DNA of 64,000 nt, taken from Candidatus Aenigmatarchaeota archaeon (GTDB taxonomy: Archaea > Aenigmatarchaeota > Aenigmatarchaeia > CG10238-14 > SCSR01). The stretch is taken from NCBI GenBank assembly GCA_038998335.1, contig JAVZHQ010000001.1:96001-160000 (forward strand), given 5' to 3'. Position 1 is the stretch's first letter; every line of letters begins with the position of its first letter. Of this stretch, positions 10,224 through 19,394 are shown one piece after another. The position numbers and the translations under genes are program-made. The notes beneath the pieces are model-generated. The model did no database searches. It saw only the letters and a list, made by a program, of their open reading frames with translations, and was not told the origin of the DNA.

Positions 10224-11726
10224 TTATCTTTTTTTCAATTTCTTTATTTCAAGATATTTTCTTCTATTTTCTTCTTTAACTATTCCTTCAATCGTATAAA
10301 TTCCAGCTTCTATTAACCTAGGTGAAGTAGCATAAATAATTCCTGTGTTGTCTTCCAAGGCGTAAATATTTGGAATGCCGTATGCGTGGGGTTTAAGCTC
10401 TGCATATAAAGTTATATAAGAGTTTGGTTTTACTTTTTTAATTATTTCCTCAATGGTATGGCTAGGTCTACTTTTTTTAATGCGTATGAAAAGTATTAAG
10501 CTTAGAATTAAGACTAAAATCAAAAGTAGAAAAACGTAGATTTGAGGCAAACCCCAAAGAATTGTTATTTGTTTCTTGTTTTCTATTATAAATCTGAGAA
10601 TCTCTACTAGCTTCTCTGTTTCATAAACAAGCTCGCTTGCTCTTTCTGGGTTCTCTTTCGCAATCTCCTCTTCAATTTCTGTAAGTTTTCCTTTAACCAA
10701 AGATAGAATCATTTTTATTTCTCTTACATCAACTTTATTTTCCTCCAGGACCTTACTTCGGTTTTCTAAAATTTCAATGTCTCTTTTTAAATCTTCCAAC
10801 TTTTTTTGAAGTTCAGAATAGTTAAAAACTCTTCTCACACTTACAGTTATTTGAAAAGACATAAGAATTTCTCTACTTACTAGGGTAATCGAGATTGGGT
10901 AATCTTTTATCAGAGCGTTAGGTGGTATAGTTAACCTTACAGTAAAGTTTTGAGTTTCATTTGGTTTGAGTGTTATGTTATGAGGGTAAATGGAAAACCA
11001 ACTCAATTCCAAACCTTCTAGAAAAAGAAAAATTTCACTAATGTTAGTTTCACCTAAGTTTTTAATGCTTATGTAAAAAATTTTTGTTGTATTAAGCAAT
11101 GCTATGATTTTTTCAGGATAATAAACTTCTACCTCTTTTCTTAACTCTCTAGGGAAGGGCGGAGAAGGTATTCCTGGCTGTGGTAGAGCTACAGAAGGCA
11201 AAGCAACTTCGAAAATGTCTTTTCCTGTACTGTAATAGCCAGGTGCGGTTATCTCAACTTTAAACAAATAAGTTCCTTCAGAAGTATTAGAAGGAATAAG
11301 CAAACCTTTAATCGAGTTCCAAACATACCCATAACTTAGGTACAAAGTCGTAAAGTTTGAATTAAGAACATTACCAAGATTGTCCTCTACAATCCATTTG
11401 ACTGTTACTTCTCCTTCGTAAATTTCACTCTTTATACTTATGTTCGCGTATACTACTTCACCAGGATTAACTTTCTTTCTTAAGACATTTACACTAACAT
11501 TGAATACGTCCAAGTTTTCTCTTACTGTTACCTGTGAAGCTGCAAAGACCTCAATTATTTTCCCTGTTTTTATCAATTCTATAAATGCTTTAAATTGAGC
11601 AAGAAGGAAAATGGTTAGAAGTAAGAGAAGAATGATTAAAGCTTTTCCAACTATCTTGTTAGTTTTCATTAATAATTTTTTCGTTTTCCGAATATTTGAG
11701 GTTAGACTCTTGAGTCTCTTTTCCAA
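10224..11726 (-). CDS. Membrane-anchored surface protein (Ig-like/CARDB-type domains, coiled coil, TM, C-terminal OB-like domain)
   Basis: Beta-rich domains (IKNLGE..., LKPNETQNFTV), Pro-rich linker, TM helix; true start probably slightly downstream (MKTNK). Confidence 0.6.
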   Translation of the reverse strand: MEKRLKSLTSNIRKTKKLLMKTNKIVGKALIILLLLLTIFLLAQFKAFIELIKTGKIIEVFAASQVTVRENLDVFNVSVNVLRKKVNPGEVVYANISIKSEIYEGEVTVKWIVEDNLGNVLNSNFTTLYLSYGYVWNSIKGLLIPSNTSEGTYLFKVEITAPGYYSTGKDIFEVALPSVALPQPGIPSPPFPRELRKEVEVYYPEKIIALLNTTKIFYISIKNLGETNISEIFLFLEGLELSWFSIYPHNITLKPNETQNFTVRLTIPPNALIKDYPISITLVSREILMSFQITVSVRRVFNYSELQKKLEDLKRDIEILENRSKVLEENKVDVREIKMILSLVKGKLTEIEEEIAKENPERASELVYETEKLVEILRFIIENKKQITILWGLPQIYVFLLLILVLILSLILFIRIKKSRPSHTIEEIIKKVKPNSYITLYAELKPHAYGIPNIYALEDNTGIIYATSPRLIEAGIYTIEGIVKEENRRKYLEIKKLKKR

Positions 11727-12315
11727 TTTCTGGTTTTTTCACACTTGATAGTAATTTTTTCTTTATTCTTAATGCTATCACCAGTAGGATGAACGTTAAT
11801 ATTACTACACTTATCACAAAAATATAAAATGATAGAAAGTTGCCTATTCGAACAGTTAAAGGAGCTTGTACAACAGAAACAGCAGTACTTCCAAGGCCTG
11901 CAGCTTTTCCAGGGATGGCACTTGCAAATATTGCTCCGCTATAGTTTACTGGATAGAAAGGTGGCCATCTAAAAGGATTAGCGTAAAAGCATATTTTAAC
12001 ATCTTGCTTGTTTGCAAGTTTTGCAGCATTATCCTTTGGGTCGCCTGTATAAGGTGGTAAGTAAACTTCTTTTGGTTCTATTTTCGTTATGAGTGATGCT
12101 AATTTTTCATCAACACTTATTTGTGCAGTTACTTCGGTATCGAAAGGATTATAAACAGAGTAAAAAATGCATTTTTCCTCGAACTCTCTAAGGAATATTT
12201 CTTCCAAACTCCATTTTATTCCAACACCAACGTCTGCTTTCACTATAGGAAAGAATAAAATAGAAGTCAAAAGAAGAGAAATAAATTGTTTAAGCATAAT
12301 TAAATATATTCTCAT
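11659..12315 (-). CDS. Secreted Ig-like protein with C-terminal TM anchor
   Basis: Signal peptide, one beta-sandwich-like domain, C-terminal TM and basic tail. Confidence 0.6.
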   Translation of the reverse strand: MRIYLIMLKQFISLLLTSILFFPIVKADVGVGIKWSLEEIFLREFEEKCIFYSVYNPFDTEVTAQISVDEKLASLITKIEPKEVYLPPYTGDPKDNAAKLANKQDVKICFYANPFRWPPFYPVNYSGAIFASAIPGKAAGLGSTAVSVVQAPLTVRIGNFLSFYIFVISVVILTFILLVIALRIKKKLLSSVKKPEIGKETQESNLKYSENEKIINEN

Positions 12316-12329
12316 TTAATTTTTATACT

Positions 12330-12980
12330 TTAACATAAGGTAGTATTTTCTACTGCCTTAAAGTAAACATAGTTGCTATACTCTCCTGCATGAGTGTTGC
12401 TTGGCACGTCTAACGCAAACCTGAAATAAATTTCATCTGAAACTCCACCTACCCATTTATCTTCTACTGTTTTCTGATAAGTTTCGCTTATATCAGTAGT
12501 TGGTGGAAATGCTGGGTGCGTCCAATCGTTGGTATCGTCATCGAAACTATAATGATAATTTGTGTTTGGTATTTGATAGCTTCCTGAGGTTAACGGTTGG
12601 TTAACTCTTATACAAAGGTCTACATCAACATTGGTTGTTCCGTCAATAGTTATCCAGTATTGTGTATGCCCGGTAGAGTTAAAATTACCTGTAGCGTTAT
12701 TGTTTGTTGTACCAGTGTTTACATCCCCAAAGATTATTCCAGCAGTGAGGTTGTTTGACATGGCTATCGCAACATGTTTTGTTACGTTTGCGGTTGAAAC
12801 AGTGTATTTTTCATCGCTTTGTGTTAAAGCTAAGGGCAATAAGTAGAAAATCGTTGCTAGGAAGAGTAAAAAGAAGGTTAAGGAAGCAAATTTAGTGGCT
12901 CCTTTACCAATTTTCATTTTTTCATCACTATTTAATATTAATGTTAAACTTATATATATAGTTTTTTCATAAAAAGCCAA
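12330..12980 (-). CDS. Secreted single-domain beta-rich protein (putative fibre subunit)
   Basis: Signal peptide; ends LDVPSNTHAGEYSNYVYFKA; paralogous to the C-terminal domain of 12984-14153. Confidence 0.6.
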   Translation of the reverse strand: MAFYEKTIYISLTLILNSDEKMKIGKGATKFASLTFFLLFLATIFYLLPLALTQSDEKYTVSTANVTKHVAIAMSNNLTAGIIFGDVNTGTTNNNATGNFNSTGHTQYWITIDGTTNVDVDLCIRVNQPLTSGSYQIPNTNYHYSFDDDTNDWTHPAFPPTTDISETYQKTVEDKWVGGVSDEIYFRFALDVPSNTHAGEYSNYVYFKAVENTTLC

Positions 12981-12983
12981 AAT

Positions 12984-14153
12984 CTAACTAGGTGGGGACA
13001 AATCACTCCTTCCTGCCCAGAAGTAGATAGTATTAGTGTAATTTCCAGCTCTCTGACTGGAAGGTACTTCCAGAACAAATTTCAAATACACGTAACTTCC
13101 GTCTGAAAGTAACGAGCCTATTTTATTATCTAAGTAGCTTGTAGTTAAGGATATGTTTTGAAGAGAGCTAGGGACAGTATTGTCTGTAGTTGAATTCCTA
13201 AACTTAAAGTTTGCTAAAGGAATAGAATAAGAATCAGAAATAAAATCTCCATTTGCTTTCATATAAACATTAACCGTATTTGGGGAACAACCGCTAATAA
13301 AAACAGTAAGATAATAATCTGTTGCAGCATTGCCATTATTTCCTAAAGCATCTTTTTTTTGTCCTGGATTTATTTCTCCAAAAAATACTCCTGAAGCTAG
13401 GGTGTTGGATAAACCCAAAGCAATTGCACATTCAGAAGTTGTTGTATAGGTAAAAACTTCACTTTCATTCCAGTTGTCAAAAGAATCGTTAGCGTAAACC
13501 TTCCATCTTATAGTACAACCTACAGTTGAGTTTATCGTTACAGTAAAGTTGCTCCAGGCTTTTTCTCCTTCTAAACTCATACCAGTTATGTTTTCCAATT
13601 CGCCTGTACAGTTATCGAAGCTAAAAATTGCATAACTTAAGTTATAATCTGTCCACAAGAGATTATGACTTACCGAAGTCCCTGCCAATGTTGAGTTTGT
13701 CGAGTTTAAAGAATAAGAAGGAGGGATTTTTACAGAGAAAGTCGTCGAGTTTCTTTTAACATTTCCGTAAGTGTCATTAGCGCTTACGTTAACAATCCAA
13801 GTGGAATCTGGATCTGTTTGAATTAAACTATAATTTTTCTCAAAAATCCAGCAATAAGTTCCGCAAGAAATGGTCGTATTCGTCATTAAGAGATTATTAT
13901 AAATTAGACTTCCGTTACTTGCTGTCAGGTTTAACCACACATAGTTTAAATTATTTTCACTATCACTGACATTAGCTCTTATGATAACTTTCTGAGGATA
14001 GGTAGCTACTGAAATCTCTATCAAACTTTCATTAAAAATTTGTGGGTTGTAAACGAATGGTGTAGCGAGAATTATTAGAGATTTTGGTACAATGTAAGAA
14101 ATAACTATAATGAAAAGGAAAGCTAAGATATAGAGCAAAAGTTTGTTTAACAT
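12984..14153 (-). CDS. Secreted multi-domain Ig-like glycoprotein
   Basis: Signal peptide, many N-x-S/T sequons, C-terminal LEVPSSQRAGNYTNTIYFWA domain. Confidence 0.6.
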   Translation of the reverse strand: MLNKLLLYILAFLFIIVISYIVPKSLIILATPFVYNPQIFNESLIEISVATYPQKVIIRANVSDSENNLNYVWLNLTASNGSLIYNNLLMTNTTISCGTYCWIFEKNYSLIQTDPDSTWIVNVSANDTYGNVKRNSTTFSVKIPPSYSLNSTNSTLAGTSVSHNLLWTDYNLSYAIFSFDNCTGELENITGMSLEGEKAWSNFTVTINSTVGCTIRWKVYANDSFDNWNESEVFTYTTTSECAIALGLSNTLASGVFFGEINPGQKKDALGNNGNAATDYYLTVFISGCSPNTVNVYMKANGDFISDSYSIPLANFKFRNSTTDNTVPSSLQNISLTTSYLDNKIGSLLSDGSYVYLKFVLEVPSSQRAGNYTNTIYFWAGRSDLSPPS

Positions 14154-14536
14154 GGTAAAAATTCCTCCAGCAAATCATACTTATAAGTTGTGTTATAAAA
14201 CCCTGCCCTTAGCCAGTAGATATAATTTCTTCTTGGCAATTCAATCGATATATTTTTTGTCTTGTTTTCTTTCAAAAAAATCTTATTTTCATAAATTGAT
14301 GCCCAGCATGTATGAGTTACTTTAATGATACCTTTACAGTTATGTGTTGAAATAAAAGAACAATTGAAAATGCAGTAGTTTTCATTTTGATAAATCTTCG
14401 TACACTTTGCTTTCACTTCGAGTTCTGTCGGTTCAAAGTTAAAATAAGGATAGACGAGACTACAAAATATTAGAAAAGGTATAAAAATTAGCAAAAATCT
14501 ATAGAACCTCATATATTTTGTACCCATTTTCATCAC
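14147..14536 (-). CDS. Hypothetical membrane-anchored protein
   Basis: ORF with N-terminal TM, co-oriented in operon. Confidence 0.5.
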   Translation of the reverse strand: MMKMGTKYMRFYRFLLIFIPFLIFCSLVYPYFNFEPTELEVKAKCTKIYQNENYCIFNCSFISTHNCKGIIKVTHTCWASIYENKIFLKENKTKNISIELPRRNYIYWLRAGFYNTTYKYDLLEEFLPC

Positions 14537-16046
14537 TATAGACTAACTTAAAGTATGTGGTATTATCAAATTGCTTTGGGTCTAAACCAACCCATTTCTC
14601 TCCTATGAAAATATGAGTAATATTGTAAGCTTTAAGTTCATTTATGCAACATGATGCGTTGATACTTATTCTTCTGTACAAATCTACTCTTTTTCTGTAT
14701 TCTTCTCTGTCATAATCTGCCCAGCAATAGTTGGAGAAGTAAAATATTTTCCTAGAGGTTAAGGGAAAAATTCTTTCACCATAACTTGCTGAAGCTCCGG
14801 TGCAACCTGAGCCACCACCATCTATGAGAAAGGTTGCATTTTCAGGAAGATTATTCCTAACCCAATTCATAACTTTGTTAAAATTATGGAAGTTTATGAA
14901 AGGAACAAAAATTTCTTGATAATTACTTAAAGCATTTATTAGAAATAAGATTGATGGTGATTGTACAAAGAAAAACAAAGGAATAAAAGCTAGGTTTAAA
15001 TAGTGATTATCGAACCAGTAGCCTAAAAATACGCAATAAACCAACCATAAAAAGGAAGCTGCCCTAAGCAGGTTTAACTCACCAAATACTAAAACAGAGG
15101 CTATAGAAAGAAAAAGGAAAAAATATGTTAAAAAATTTACTTTTTTTCTTAAAATGATTGTGAGAATTGAGAAGAAAAAACCAAGTAATAAAAAAGGAGA
15201 AAAAATAGTTCCAACATACGAGACAAAAAAGATTGTTTTAAATCTTTCCCAGGCATTCATTTCAAGTCTCCTTGCAGTAAAAGTTAACAGGTCTACGTAG
15301 TTCTCTTTAGATAGTTCACTTGCTCTTTCCACATCGAAGCTAATTCTAAAATATTTTAGAAAAGGAAGTACGAAAGGTAAAGAAATTAATGAGGCAAGTA
15401 TAAATGAAAGGCAAAACAATTTCCAAAAATTCAAATCTATCCTATCTTCAACAAATTGATACGTGAAGATTGAAAGCAAAGCGATGCAGAGAACCATAAA
15501 AAGATACCAATGGAACATAAAAATTCCAAACAAACCCAAGGTCATCAAAAAAAAGTTAGGTTTTTTCTCTAGCAGTTGCCATAATACCACTAAAAAGAAA
15601 AAAGAGGCAAAACCATAAGAAAACAGTCCAAAAAAATTGAAAATTAAAACGATATCAAAACCAAGAGAGTAAAAAAAGAAAGAGGCTATAGCTTTACTTT
15701 CACTCAGAAATACTCTTGCTATTTTATAAAAAACTAAAGTCCCTAAAAAGGAAAATAGAAAAGAAAAAAAAGTCACAGAGGTTACAGGATCTATCCCTAT
15801 AAACTCAAAGATAAAAGGTAAAAGAAACACTCCTGGAAAATAAAAAAACCCTCTAGCCAAATCATAGGGTCTTAAGTCTGTTGCAATTTGCTTTTTTAAA
15901 TACCAAACATGAGAAATTATAGTAAATCTACCTACATCAGCTCCTAAAATGGAGCCCACAGAATCAAATAAGTAAACTCTAAACCCTAAAGAAAGTAAAA
16001 GTATAAGAATAAACCAGAACCTATTATTATTAAAATTAATTTCCAC
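14499..16046 (-). CDS. Multi-pass membrane glycosyltransferase-like protein (GT-C fold)
   Basis: Many TM helices, GAD after TM1, YFPG loop, soluble C-terminal domain WVRNNLPENATF...YNITHIFIG. Confidence 0.65.
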   Translation of the reverse strand: MEINFNNNRFWFILILLLSLGFRVYLFDSVGSILGADVGRFTIISHVWYLKKQIATDLRPYDLARGFFYFPGVFLLPFIFEFIGIDPVTSVTFFSFLFSFLGTLVFYKIARVFLSESKAIASFFFYSLGFDIVLIFNFFGLFSYGFASFFFLVVLWQLLEKKPNFFLMTLGLFGIFMFHWYLFMVLCIALLSIFTYQFVEDRIDLNFWKLFCLSFILASLISLPFVLPFLKYFRISFDVERASELSKENYVDLLTFTARRLEMNAWERFKTIFFVSYVGTIFSPFLLLGFFFSILTIILRKKVNFLTYFFLFLSIASVLVFGELNLLRAASFLWLVYCVFLGYWFDNHYLNLAFIPLFFFVQSPSILFLINALSNYQEIFVPFINFHNFNKVMNWVRNNLPENATFLIDGGGSGCTGASASYGERIFPLTSRKIFYFSNYCWADYDREEYRKRVDLYRRISINASCCINELKAYNITHIFIGEKWVGLDPKQFDNTTYFKLVYSDENGYKIYEVL

Positions 16047-16576
16047 TTTCTCCTTCCCTCCTTGCTTATTTTAAAATTTAATAAATGTGCTGTGGTAAAT
16101 CTCCCCTCTTTTTTATCCTGCTCAAAGTGTTCTGCTTCATGAAAGATTTCGCTTACTGTAGCTAAAAAGGAAATTGGAAAATAAAAGAAATTAAAGGAGT
16201 TGAGAGGGAGTAAAAATAGTAATGAGTAACCAAAACCTTTGTAAAAAGCTGAAAATGGATATTTCTTTGCAACTTTGTAAAGGACACAAAGAAGCATTAT
16301 TGAAGTTACGATAAGAATTTGAAAAGAATTAATGTGAACAATACTTAAAAGAATTATTCCGGAGAATGAAAAAAAAGATGAAAAAAGTTTCTTGTCGTCC
16401 AAAGAGTGGGCAAATAGTAGCAAGAAAAAGCCTAAGATAAAATAGTAAACAGCGAGAAAATTAAAGAGTTTAACTAAGGTTACTCCCAAAAAAATTAAAC
16501 CTAATATGTGAAACCATTCTTTAAATTTATGAAATATTACTTGAAGCCAAAGGTTGCGATTTGTATTCACGCTCAT
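15986..16576 (-). CDS. UbiA-family prenyltransferase-like membrane protein (short/degenerate)
   Basis: TM helices with HSLDD and EAEHFEQDKKEGRFTTA resembling the two UbiA acidic motifs. Confidence 0.55.
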   Translation of the reverse strand: MSVNTNRNLWLQVIFHKFKEWFHILGLIFLGVTLVKLFNFLAVYYFILGFFLLLFAHSLDDKKLFSSFFSFSGIILLSIVHINSFQILIVTSIMLLCVLYKVAKKYPFSAFYKGFGYSLLFLLPLNSFNFFYFPISFLATVSEIFHEAEHFEQDKKEGRFTTAHLLNFKISKEGRRKWKLILIIIGSGLFLYFYFL

Positions 16577-17769
16577 AGAGGAGACCCTACCATGGCTTGG
16601 ATGGGAAATTTGTTCTCTACTTTTTCAAACCCTTCGTTAGATTCAGAGAAGATAAAATTTCTCATAAGATCCCATTCTACTGGTGTATAAATCGAGCAAA
16701 AACATAGCTTAAGAATACTTTTTATTTTTTTCCCAAAGATTCTCCACAAGAAAATGTTTATACCTTCTTTTAGAAAATCAAAAAAAGACAAAGGTTTTAA
16801 GTCTCCTCTTTTTAAAGGAATAACGCAATGTTCAATTCCCAACATGTTTTTGAGTTTAAAAGGTAAAAATCTAAAACTCCAAAGAAGCTTCTTAACCTTA
16901 AGAAAGTACTCTGGGTTTACTTTTAATTCTTTAGCTAATATTTTGTACCCATCAGAAATGAAGAAATTTTTGTTTGGGTATTCTGTTAAAAATCTTACTT
17001 CCTCAACGAATGTATGTTTATCTGCGTACTCTATTATTTTCTTAATCTGGTCTTCGTTGAATCCTTTTCTTATTACTGGAACTAAAATAGTACTTATTCC
17101 TTCTTTCTCTAAGTTTTCTAAAGCTTTTAACTTAAGTTTAAGTAGGTTTTTTCCTCTGAATTCTTTGTAGATTTTGTCATCAAAACCGTCAAAACTTAGG
17201 TAAACTCCAACTAAACCAGCTTCCTTAAGCTTTTTTACATAATTTCTATTCGCTAGTTTTATCCCGTTTGTTATGATTAAAACTTTCCTTCCCATTTTAG
17301 TTAATAACTTTATTATTTTAGGCAAGTCTTTCCTCACTGTAGGTTCCCCTCCAGTTAAACTTATAAATCTAGACTTGTTCTTTTTTAGAAAGTGTTTTAT
17401 TTCTTCTATCGTCATATCTTTCATAGAGTGAGCAAAATTCAAGTAGCAAATCTTACATCTTAGGTTGCAACGAGAGGTTATGTATAGAGCTGTAGAAAAT
17501 TTTCTTTTTCTTATTTCTTCCCAAATTTCTTCTAAATTTTTTCCTTTTACTTTTTCTTTAAACGGAAGAATAAATTCTTTATAAAAGTTAGCATCTCTTT
17601 CTATCAAAAGTTTTTCTCCACACTCTTTTTCTAGAAAAACTCTATTGTTTCTTTCCACTATTCTTGCTCTTATAATTTTTAAATTTTTAATACAAACAGC
17701 TAGAGTATTATCTAAAATTCTCATAACTTCACCTCCAGAAAAAAGTACATTTTTTGTAATTTTTTCCAA
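16573..17769 (-). CDS. Radical SAM protein, MJ0619/Tes-like N-terminus
   Basis: CNLRCKIC, LTGGEPTVRKDL, TNGIKL, YLSFDG; N-terminal ARIVERNNRVFLEKEC resembles the MJ0619 family. Confidence 0.75.
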   Translation of the reverse strand: MEKITKNVLFSGGEVMRILDNTLAVCIKNLKIIRARIVERNNRVFLEKECGEKLLIERDANFYKEFILPFKEKVKGKNLEEIWEEIRKRKFSTALYITSRCNLRCKICYLNFAHSMKDMTIEEIKHFLKKNKSRFISLTGGEPTVRKDLPKIIKLLTKMGRKVLIITNGIKLANRNYVKKLKEAGLVGVYLSFDGFDDKIYKEFRGKNLLKLKLKALENLEKEGISTILVPVIRKGFNEDQIKKIIEYADKHTFVEEVRFLTEYPNKNFFISDGYKILAKELKVNPEYFLKVKKLLWSFRFLPFKLKNMLGIEHCVIPLKRGDLKPLSFFDFLKEGINIFLWRIFGKKIKSILKLCFCSIYTPVEWDLMRNFIFSESNEGFEKVENKFPIQAMVGSPL

Positions 17770-18064
17770 GTGTGAAGAATTTTTGAATTTCGTCTATAGG
17801 GAATTCTCTACACTCTAAAGGTTTTCTTTTTTGAATAGAACATAAGTTTTTTTTAAAGTGAGGACATTTTAAACCTTTAAACTGACAGCACAGTCCACAA
17901 CGAGAACAAAAACCTTTTCGTTTTTTAAGTTTATATTTTACATAATTTTTTCTGTACTTTTTAATAAATCTTGTATAAGAATCTCTTATCAGTTTACTTA
18001 GTTTCATTCTGGCAAAAGTAAAAAAGGAGCATTCACCTTCTACATAACTTGTTTTTACATACAT
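17729..18064 (-). CDS. YkgJ-like CxxCxxCC cysteine-cluster protein
   Basis: CSRCGLCC, CPHF, CSIQKRKPLECREFP. Confidence 0.75.
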   Translation of the reverse strand: MYVKTSYVEGECSFFTFARMKLSKLIRDSYTRFIKKYRKNYVKYKLKKRKGFCSRCGLCCQFKGLKCPHFKKNLCSIQKRKPLECREFPIDEIQKFFTLGKNYKKCTFFWR

Positions 18065-19377
18065 ACTTCTCCCACCTGCTCTTCCATTCCAGTTACTCCC
18101 TCTAAAGGATATGGTCTTATTCTTGCTATAAGCGAATTTTTTTCTAAGTAACTTTCGGTTATTATTTCAGGATAATTTCCCAAGTTAAAAAAACTTATAA
18201 GAGAGGGCATAGTTACGTTCAAAGTTAAGTTAGAATAAGCAGAGATAGGGAATTTTATGCACCTTACTTCTTCTGGAAATTTGACTTCAAATTCTATCTT
18301 ACCGGTAAGAGTAGAAAACTCCCAAATAGAGTTTGGATTTTCTCTCATTTTTTTGTACATTTCTTCCTCTGTAGGATTTCTTTCATAAACATAATATATT
18401 AGTTCTCCTTTTAGTTTGTCGTTTGCTATTAAAAAAGGAAGCGAAAAAGTGTCAATACCTGTATCCCTTGTTGTCCTCACGTCTGACTTGAGTTCTTCTT
18501 TTACAATTTCAATTCTCTTTTGAGTAAAGTTGTTCGGGCATACTGTTAAGTTTTTTAGCGGAAATGTTGGGTCAAGAATTGAAGAATAATTGATACAAAT
18601 AAATCTATTGATTATAACACGAAAATTAAGCATTTTTGAAACATTTTCATTCCTATAAGTAAGGCTGTCTCTTACTTTTACCGTATTTCCAACAACTTCG
18701 ATATTTAAAGTCTCGTCTTTTAAATAAACTTCTTTACCTTCGTAATACGCTTTACTTGTTAAATTATTTACCCAATTGGAAAGTTCTAAATCTTTAGAAC
18801 TTTCCTTCTCATAATAGTAAGTAGTCCATGCTTCTTTAACTTCACCTTCTTTTCCTGTGAAAATTCGAATAAACTTATGACCTTCTGGAAAAATGAGTTT
18901 ATATTTCTTGTCACCGTTTGTTTTGCTTTGAACTAAAAACCCATAATTGTCGGTTTCTTTACACCATCCCAAAGGTAGTTCATAGTCTGTTAATTTTTCA
19001 AACTTTAAAGTCCCGCCATAATTCCATACCTTAGTAGTAATGTCGTATTCTAAAATCTCTATATTATAAACACCACTAATATTACAAATAACAAACGACC
19101 ATTCGTATGTCTCTTCCTTTGTAGTTTGTTTTATGTCGAATTCTAGAACACTTTCATTTATCGGTATGATAATAGTGGTTATGTCTGGATTTCCATCTTT
19201 ATCCAAGTCTGTCTCGTTCTGTCTTTCGTAGATAAACCATGAATTTTTGTTGTAAGTTCCATGTACTTGGGCTTGTGTAGACGAGTTAATTATAGGTTTA
19301 AATCCAGAAAAAATTAAGAGAGTTATTAGTAGCGAAAAAAAGAAAATTAACATTTTACGCTCCATTTTTACCTCCAT
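18055..19377 (-). CDS. Secreted hypothetical protein
   Basis: 440 aa ORF with N-terminal signal/TM. Confidence 0.55.
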   Translation of the reverse strand: MEVKMERKMLIFFFSLLITLLIFSGFKPIINSSTQAQVHGTYNKNSWFIYERQNETDLDKDGNPDITTIIIPINESVLEFDIKQTTKEETYEWSFVICNISGVYNIEILEYDITTKVWNYGGTLKFEKLTDYELPLGWCKETDNYGFLVQSKTNGDKKYKLIFPEGHKFIRIFTGKEGEVKEAWTTYYYEKESSKDLELSNWVNNLTSKAYYEGKEVYLKDETLNIEVVGNTVKVRDSLTYRNENVSKMLNFRVIINRFICINYSSILDPTFPLKNLTVCPNNFTQKRIEIVKEELKSDVRTTRDTGIDTFSLPFLIANDKLKGELIYYVYERNPTEEEMYKKMRENPNSIWEFSTLTGKIEFEVKFPEEVRCIKFPISAYSNLTLNVTMPSLISFFNLGNYPEIITESYLEKNSLIARIRPYPLEGVTGMEEQVGEVCM

Positions 19378-19394
19378 TTTTCATTATTATTAAC

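Noticed and set aside
18040-18075. Possible frameshift or intron joining 18055-19377 to 17729-18064 at TATGTATGTA
   Set aside because: No BHB or slippery site is evident; an ordinary stop/start overlap explains it
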